Shown here one piece after another: positions 1-4,821 of a stretch of 36,946 nucleotides of DNA; position 1 is the stretch's first letter, and every line of letters starts with the position of its first letter. The translations under genes were made by a program, and so were the position numbers. The notes beneath the pieces were generated by a model that was not told the DNA's origin, searched no databases, and was given only the letters and a program-made list of their open reading frames with translations. The stretch is from a virus, in the IMG/VR virus record IMGVR_UViG_3300045988_047290, positions 1 through 36,946 of that record; one strand, given 5' to 3'.

Positions 1-99
1 ATTTTTTTTTTTCGCGATCCCGCTCGGTGCGGTGTGCGGCGCCCCGTTCACCACGGGCATAGGTTTGGGTATGGAGATAAAGGATCATTTGTACGGAGG
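1..99. repeat. Terminal direct repeat, copy 1 (identical to 36848..36946)
   Basis: All 99 bases compared by eye are identical, including the T11 run. The repeat reaches both window edges. Confidence 0.97.
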
Positions 100-217
100 T
101 CGGGCCGACTTTGTAGATTTCCTCCTAACCGCGGTCGGCGGGGTGATCGGGCACGGCGTTATGCTGGTGTTTGGACTGGACTATGTGATATCATTATTAA
201 TCAATTTAATATTTTAA
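32..217 (+). CDS. Small membrane protein, C-terminal part of the gene that wraps the junction
   Basis: ORF track gives 61 aa. The frame is open back across the junction to 36837 with no ATG. It has Gly-rich hydrophobic helices (GAVCGAPFTTGIGLG, LLTAVGGVIGHGVMLVFGL). The WKHF...G.E.KD..GG.ADF.D pattern resembles DUF2279/VanZ-like membrane proteins (from memory only). Confidence 0.55.
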   Translation: MCGAPFTTGIGLGMEIKDHLYGGRADFVDFLLTAVGGVIGHGVMLVFGLDYVISLLINLIF

Positions 218-220
218 AGT

Positions 221-391
221 ATGGAAACAGCAATGATAGCCCTTGTTATATTAATGGGATTAAGTTTTATCGGTATGGCAGTGGCAATATTTTTTGATAA
301 GTCGCGCCTAATAGATTTTTTCTATTTGGCGTGTATGGCGCTTGGAGGGGTGACCCTTGTGCTAAGTTTTATAAACCTGTTATTAATTTAA
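221..391 (+). CDS. Mini membrane protein, 56 aa, two predicted TM helices
   Basis: Hand-translated as METAMIALVILMGLSFIGMAVAIFFDKSRLIDFFYLACMALGGVTLVLSFINLLLI*. It starts 4 nt after the previous stop and was below the ORF-track length cut-off. Confidence 0.55.
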   Translation: METAMIALVILMGLSFIGMAVAIFFDKSRLIDFFYLACMALGGVTLVLSFINLLLI

Positions 392-398
392 TAAAGTT

Positions 399-578
399 AT
401 GGAAAGTATGGAATTTCTTAGGATTTGTATTTGGACGGCGGTGATCGGTTTTGTGTGTATGCTGGCGTTCCTGTTATTTTGGAAAAGCGATAAAGGCGCG
501 GCGGATATATTTCAAGTACTGTTCGTATCGTTTTATGTAGTTTCAGTTTTAGCAGGTGTGTTATATTTAATATTTTAA
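399..578 (+). CDS. Mini membrane protein, 59 aa, two predicted TM helices; paralog-like to 221..391
   Basis: Hand-translated as MESMEFLRICIWTAVIGFVCMLAFLLFWKSDKGAADIFQVLFVSFYVVSVLAGVLYLIF*. It has the same architecture and the same junction motif (TTTAA..TATGGAAAG) as its neighbours. Confidence 0.55.
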   Translation: MESMEFLRICIWTAVIGFVCMLAFLLFWKSDKGAADIFQVLFVSFYVVSVLAGVLYLIF

Positions 579-581
579 ATT

Positions 582-887
582 ATGGAAAGCATGGAACATT
601 TATTTAGAGAATATGAGATGAAGGAACAAGAATTAGCGGGCATCAGAACCGGACGTTTCAAGACAGCGCTGTATCGCGCAGAGAAGGCGCAATATAATAT
701 GCGTGTCAAGATAGACAGGGCGGAAGCCGAGCGGGTGATGGTTTATGCCGAGCGAGTGCCGCGTACGGCTAAAGAGATTACAACCATCACGATTTACAGG
801 AAGAGCGAGCCGCAACGCCGGGTGGACCTGTCGAGAGTTGAGGCGTTGCGTTTGATCGGTGAACTTAAGGAGGCGTTGAAGCTATGA
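582..887 (+). CDS. Hypothetical protein, 101 aa, charged and helical
   Basis: ORF track. It begins ATGGAAAGCATGGAA like the preceding gene, is tightly packed, and has no recognisable motif. Confidence 0.6.
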   Translation: MESMEHLFREYEMKEQELAGIRTGRFKTALYRAEKAQYNMRVKIDRAEAERVMVYAERVPRTAKEITTITIYRKSEPQRRVDLSRVEALRLIGELKEALKL

Positions 888-982
888 AGAGAGTAATGGA
901 AATGCTGGGACAAATGGTCCTGGCAATCGCGGCGGGGATCGCGCTTGGTTGTATTTTAGTATGTATCTTAAATAATTTATAG
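884..982 (+). CDS. Possible 32-aa single-TM peptide
   Basis: Hand-translated as MKRVMEMLGQMVLAIAAGIALGCILVCILNNL*. It has an ATGA overlap with the previous stop and ends 1 nt before the next ATG. Confidence 0.35.
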   Translation: MKRVMEMLGQMVLAIAAGIALGCILVCILNNL

Positions 983-983
983 T

Positions 984-1523
984 ATGCCGACACCATATAT
1001 TAAGAAGAAACAAAGAAAAGTGCTGCTTATCGAAGATATGGCACGCGTTTATAATCTTCATGCGTTTTTCATATTCAACTGGCTTGAGGCGAACGGTGTG
1101 AAGTATGCCAAAGTGAAGGGCAAACCGTTTCACATGGTAAACGCCGAGATATTCTGCGAAGCTATCCGGGACATAATGTACGCGGCCAGTAAAGTACGGG
1201 ACGACCGGAACACACGGACCGAACCGGAGCGCATACCGACAGTGGAGAACATGTTATACCGTGACAAGGACAAGAAGCGCATAGGGCCTTACGAGAACGA
1301 CGATATAGAACGCCCGATCTATGCGAGCAAGGACACCGAGACGAACAAATACGGCATAGAGGTCTCGATGCTGTACCGGGTCAATATGTACTGCGATGGC
1401 AGCAGGACACTGGACAAGTTGAACCACCGTACTTTGCGATGGGAAAACATAGAAAGGGCGGAGAAACGGAAATGTAAAGAAATTTTGGACGACTGGAAAG
1501 TTTTATACGGGTTGGTTATATAG
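984..1523 (+). CDS. Hypothetical protein, 179 aa, with an N-terminal excisionase/MerR-like HTH; last gene before the late control region
   Basis: ORF track. LLIEDMARVYNLHAFFIFNWLEANGVKYAKVKGK fits the HTH_17-like pattern (from memory). A strong hairpin terminator follows. Confidence 0.6.
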   Translation: MPTPYIKKKQRKVLLIEDMARVYNLHAFFIFNWLEANGVKYAKVKGKPFHMVNAEIFCEAIRDIMYAASKVRDDRNTRTEPERIPTVENMLYRDKDKKRIGPYENDDIERPIYASKDTETNKYGIEVSMLYRVNMYCDGSRTLDKLNHRTLRWENIERAEKRKCKEILDDWKVLYGLVI

Positions 1524-1528
1524 GAATT

Positions 1529-1566
1529 AAGGGGTTAATGTATAAAAACGTTAACCCCTTTTTGTG
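1529..1566 (+). terminator. Rho-independent terminator-like hairpin at the end of the early arc
   Basis: AAGGGGTTAA (1529-1538), a 12-nt loop, then TTAACCCCTT (1551-1560) followed by TTTGTG. A second 7-bp hairpin GTGTTAA/TTAACAC lies at 1564-1582. Confidence 0.7.
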
Positions 1567-1707
1567 TTAACGTTTTTAACACACTTCGCAAAAAACTTTG
1601 TGAGAGAAAACTTTTTATAGAGAAAACTTGATTTTAACGGTATTTTAACTAAAAAGCCTGTTTTTGACAAAAAAGTAGCCAAAATCATCTTTTACCCTGT
1701 CATTTCA

Positions 1708-1720
1708 TCGTTGACACCCG
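1708..1720 (+). promoter_or_regulatory. TCGTTGACACCCG site, left arm of a 13-bp inverted repeat
   Basis: Its exact reverse complement is at 2028-2040. Confidence 0.6.
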
Positions 1721-1761
1721 ACCGGGCTCACAGGACGCAGAACGCACTTTTCAAGTTTTTG

Positions 1762-1856
1762 ATGTGAATGATTAAAATTTGTATCTTTTACACCTAATTC
1801 GCTTATTTATAGTACTTTATAATGTAATATAGTGTATTTGTCATAGATAGAAAGAT
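1762..1856 (+). repeat. Conserved 95-bp noncoding element, copy 1
   Basis: 88/95 identical, ungapped, to 21848-21942 in the same orientation. The flanks are unrelated. Confidence 0.9.
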
Positions 1857-1978
1857 ATATACTAGTTAGTAACTATTAAAAGAAGAATATATAGTTAACT
1901 ATATTATACTATTGTTATTAAAGTATAATGAATTTATGGTATTTTTTAAATATATTCTATAGGGAAACTATGTTTTTA

Positions 1979-1996
1979 TCGTTGACATCGTTGACA
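1979..1996 (+). promoter_or_regulatory. Two tandem TCGTTGACA sites
   Basis: TCGTTGACA at 1979-1987 and 1988-1996, read directly. Confidence 0.6.
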
Positions 1997-2027
1997 TCGG
2001 GCTGAAACGCCCTGTTCATCGGGGTTT

Positions 2028-2040
2028 CGGGTGTCAACGA
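2028..2040 (-). promoter_or_regulatory. TCGTTGACACCCG site, right (inverted) arm
   Basis: CGGGTGTCAACGA is the reverse complement of 1708-1720. Confidence 0.6.
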
Positions 2041-2084
2041 CAGTTTTGGTAGGTGGAAAGATGCCGATTTGGGCGAAAAAAGCG

Positions 2085-2092
2085 TATTTTTG
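2085..2092 (+). promoter_or_regulatory. Candidate late promoter -7 box TATTTTTG (no well-spaced -33 TTTG)
   Basis: Matches the Bacteroidota TAnnTTTG -7 consensus and lies 23 nt upstream of the terS ATG at 2115. The nearest TTTG (2068-2071) is only 13 nt upstream. Confidence 0.4.
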
Positions 2093-2114
2093 TAGAGTTG
2101 TAAATAAATATTAT

Positions 2115-2804
2115 ATGGCTATAAAGAAGAAAGAAATTATAGAAACTAAGGAGGCGGTGCAGTTGCCGAAAGCCGAGAGGGTCAGGCCGGATTACGCGCA
2201 CTTGAAAGTGTCTCCCACATACGCGACTACCAAGTATTTGGCTGATTCGTTCAACTACGCCAAGTGCTACCAGCTTGCTACGGCGCACTTCGGCAAAACG
2301 CCGGTATGGCAGGAGCCGGAAGAACTATGGGAGGCGTACGCAATTTACTCGGCGTGGTGCGAAGCAACGCCCGTTATAACGCAAGAGGCTGTCAAGTCCG
2401 GAAACATGGCCGGGACGCTCTATGAAGTGCCGAAGAAGCATCTTCAATCAGAAGGCGAGTTCTGCATGTTCCTCGGGGCGAGCATCAACTATTTGCGCAA
2501 CCGCCGCGCCGCATACGCCGAGAACCTCAAGGAGTTCGAGCTAACTGTATGCGCGGACTTCATCGAGGTGATCGACAGGATACGCGATGCCATCGCACAG
2601 GACCTCGATCAGGGCGCGACGGTGGGACAGTTCGACGCCAACTACGTCCGGGCGCTACGCGGCATCAAGACGCAGATGGACTACACGTCTAACGGCGAAG
2701 CCATCAAGGGCGGCCTGACGGTCAACGTGACCGATCCGAAAGTGCGGGCGAAGGTTAGCTCAATCAAGAATTTCAAGAAGGATCATAAGGAGGACGAGAA
2801 GTAA
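2115..2804 (+). CDS. terS: Terminase small subunit (gp3-type DNA-packaging protein)
   Basis: Lies immediately upstream of terL with a TAATG overlap. PEELWEAYAIYSAWCEATP...SEGEFCMFLGASINYLRNRR fits the small-terminase pattern (from memory). Start moved to ATG 2115 because the 2031/2061 starts lie in the regulatory repeats upstream of the -7 box. Confidence 0.7.
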   Translation: MAIKKKEIIETKEAVQLPKAERVRPDYAHLKVSPTYATTKYLADSFNYAKCYQLATAHFGKTPVWQEPEELWEAYAIYSAWCEATPVITQEAVKSGNMAGTLYEVPKKHLQSEGEFCMFLGASINYLRNRRAAYAENLKEFELTVCADFIEVIDRIRDAIAQDLDQGATVGQFDANYVRALRGIKTQMDYTSNGEAIKGGLTVNVTDPKVRAKVSSIKNFKKDHKEDEK

Positions 2805-3976
2805 TGAATTGCACCTATGTATTTAATAAGATGATAGGGCCGTTTTGCGACCCCTATATAAGAGGTATAGCGAGTAAAGGTGGTACGCGTTCATCAAAGA
2901 CTTGGAGCGTATTACAGCTCCTCTATTTGGTTGCTAACGAAAGCACCGAGCCTCTGATGATCTCATGCGTCACCGACACGCTCCCGGCCGTCAAGCGCGG
3001 TATGTTCCGTGACTTCCAAAACATGCTGCTGGACGAGGGGGTGTGGGACGACAACGCGCTCAACAAGTCTGACTTGATCTACACAGTGAAGCCCGGCGTT
3101 TGCATTGAGTTCTTCGGGTGTGACAACGCGTCGAAGGTTCACGGTCCGGCGCGTGACATTCTTTTCATCAACGAGGCGCAGCGTGTGCCCCGCGAGATAT
3201 TCAGGCAGCTGGACGTACGTACTACGCTTAAGGTTATTATCGACTTTAACCCGGTGCGGCGCTTCTGGGGTGAGACGGACTTCACAGGCGACAAGTACGT
3301 AACGATCCACTCGACATACAAGGACAACCCGTACTTGTCGAAACAGCAGGTAGAGGCGATCGAGCGAAACGCCAAGGACGCTAATTGGTGGCGCGTCTAC
3401 GGTGAAGGACTGACGGGAGGGCTGGAAGGGCTTGTATATCCCCAAATTGAGACAATCGACGCTTTGCCAGAGGATTTAACGGGTGAGGACGTGAAGTTCG
3501 TCACAGGGCTTGATTTTGGCTTTCAGAACGACCCGACCGCTATTGTCAAAATCTACATGCGGGGCATGAACCTGTACATAGATGAGGTGTGCTACGAGAC
3601 GAAGATGTTAAACCGCACGATCGCCGAACGGCTTAAGGCGGAAAGACTGGACCGTACCATTACAGTATGCGACAACGCAGAGCAGAAGTCTATTATAGAG
3701 CTACGCGGCCTAGGCTGCAACACGATCCCCTGCATCAAGGGGAAAGGATCAATAAGGGCGGGCATCCAGCAGGTGAAGCAGTTCAACCTGTTCGTAACGA
3801 AGCAGAGTACGAACGTACTGGACGAGGCTGACAATTATACCTACGTCAAGGACAACCTGACCGACACGTACACCAACGAGCCGGTAGACGCTTACAACCA
3901 CGCATTGGACGCAGTACGTTACGGCGTTGATTATCTTATACGTAAATACCGCCCGAGATACGCGAATAATGATTAG
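2804..3976 (+). CDS. terL: Terminase large subunit (PBSX/Terminase_3-like)
   Basis: 390 aa. Walker A-like ASKGGTRSSKTWS, Walker B-like ILFINEA and nuclease-half GLDFGFQNDPTAIV. Confidence 0.9.
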   Translation: MNCTYVFNKMIGPFCDPYIRGIASKGGTRSSKTWSVLQLLYLVANESTEPLMISCVTDTLPAVKRGMFRDFQNMLLDEGVWDDNALNKSDLIYTVKPGVCIEFFGCDNASKVHGPARDILFINEAQRVPREIFRQLDVRTTLKVIIDFNPVRRFWGETDFTGDKYVTIHSTYKDNPYLSKQQVEAIERNAKDANWWRVYGEGLTGGLEGLVYPQIETIDALPEDLTGEDVKFVTGLDFGFQNDPTAIVKIYMRGMNLYIDEVCYETKMLNRTIAERLKAERLDRTITVCDNAEQKSIIELRGLGCNTIPCIKGKGSIRAGIQQVKQFNLFVTKQSTNVLDEADNYTYVKDNLTDTYTNEPVDAYNHALDAVRYGVDYLIRKYRPRYANND

Positions 3977-3985
3977 ATTTGCAGC

Positions 3986-4144
3986 ATGAGAGTAGACGAC
4001 CGAGTACGCATTAAATACGATTACGCCGGGGACACCGGGACGGTTACAGAGACCGACGTGTTAGGCGTGGTCGTACAGTGGGACGGATCGAACGTTGAAG
4101 AGTGGTATTATTACGAAGAACTAGAACTGATTGAATATGAGTAA
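3986..4144 (+). CDS. Hypothetical small protein, 52 aa
   Basis: Hand-translated as MRVDDRVRIKYDYAGDTGTVTETDVLGVVVQWDGSNVEEWYYYEELELIEYE*. It fills the gap after terL and overlaps the next start by 8 nt. Confidence 0.45.
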   Translation: MRVDDRVRIKYDYAGDTGTVTETDVLGVVVQWDGSNVEEWYYYEELELIEYE

Positions 4145-4817
4145 AATAAAGTTTTACGGCGTGGAGTGGCTTATGCTCCAAGCGCCTACCGGATGGAGAG
4201 GAAAGATTAAAAACGTATTCCGTCGCTTATGGTGGAAAATTTGTGGGTATTACAACCGCAAACAATTAGAATATATTTGTAACTTGCATCCGAATTACAA
4301 GGGCAGCCTAACTTCTGACCAAGCAGCGACATTAAACGCGGTGGCAGAGTACGCAAAGGCCGACCCTTTTATTATAAAAGATAGAAAGCTCGTGTACCGT
4401 ATACCCCGTATCGAGGATGTAACGTTGTGGCAGGTTATCGAGGCAAGAAGAAGCGAGACAGCAACGGAGAAGGTTACGAAGTGGTGTACGCCTATCGAGC
4501 ACAAGCCGGCCGAATACGCGCCGGATAACGTCTACCATTTGCTTTGCGCTACAAAATATATCAAGGAACAGATCGAAACGGCGGACGGACTAGAGAAACG
4601 GCTATTTCCTTTCGATGCAGGAAGCACGCCGGAAGACGATCCGATCAAGGAGGCGAAGAACGTGCTGACACTCGTACAGGCTACGGCGGAGCTATTCGCT
4701 TGTTCGTTCGAGGACGCGAAGCGGATCAACTATCTGGACGCGATGCTGGCGTTGTCAAAGCGGCACGAGGAGAACGAGAAACAAAAGGCAGAGATGAAGA
4801 AACATTATAAATCATAA
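4137..4817 (+). CDS. Hypothetical protein, 226 aa
   Basis: ORF track 4131..4817. The first ATG is at 4137. No motif recognised. Confidence 0.6.
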   Translation: MSKIKFYGVEWLMLQAPTGWRGKIKNVFRRLWWKICGYYNRKQLEYICNLHPNYKGSLTSDQAATLNAVAEYAKADPFIIKDRKLVYRIPRIEDVTLWQVIEARRSETATEKVTKWCTPIEHKPAEYAPDNVYHLLCATKYIKEQIETADGLEKRLFPFDAGSTPEDDPIKEAKNVLTLVQATAELFACSFEDAKRINYLDAMLALSKRHEENEKQKAEMKKHYKS

Positions 4818-4821
4818 CGTT

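Noticed and set aside
34-297. An 87-aa + strand ORF (MRRPVHHGHRF...), rich in Arg and Gly.
   Set aside because: It overlaps two hydrophobic small-protein genes in other frames (32..217 and 221..391). Those genes fit the compact gene spacing, and this ORF has non-protein-like composition.
1768-1797. A 9-codon micro-ORF, ATG ATT AAA ATT TGT ATC TTT TAC ACC TAA (MIKICIFYT), inside the 95-bp element. It is conserved in copy 2 (21854-21883), and the only difference is synonymous (ACC/ACT).
   Set aside because: One synonymous change is not evidence of coding selection. The ORF is tiny and AT-rich, and no promoter is placed to express it. It is noted only as something RNA-seq or ribosome profiling could revisit.
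1815-1826. A sigma70-like TATAAT (1818-1823) in copy 1 of the 95-bp element, and the TTGACA cores of the TCGTTGACA sites read as -35 boxes.
   Set aside because: Copy 2 has TATACT. No TTGACA lies 17 bp upstream of it. The other promoters in this genome follow the Bacteroidota TTTG/TAnnTTTG grammar, so an E. coli-type promoter reading is unlikely.
2031-2114. The upstream extension of terS (ORF-track start at 2031, in-frame ATG at 2061).
   Set aside because: The extension runs through the TCGTTGACA inverted-repeat arm and lies upstream of the TATTTTTG -7 box. The ATG at 2115 gives a normal N-terminus (MAIKKKE...) and a 23-nt spacing from the -7 box.
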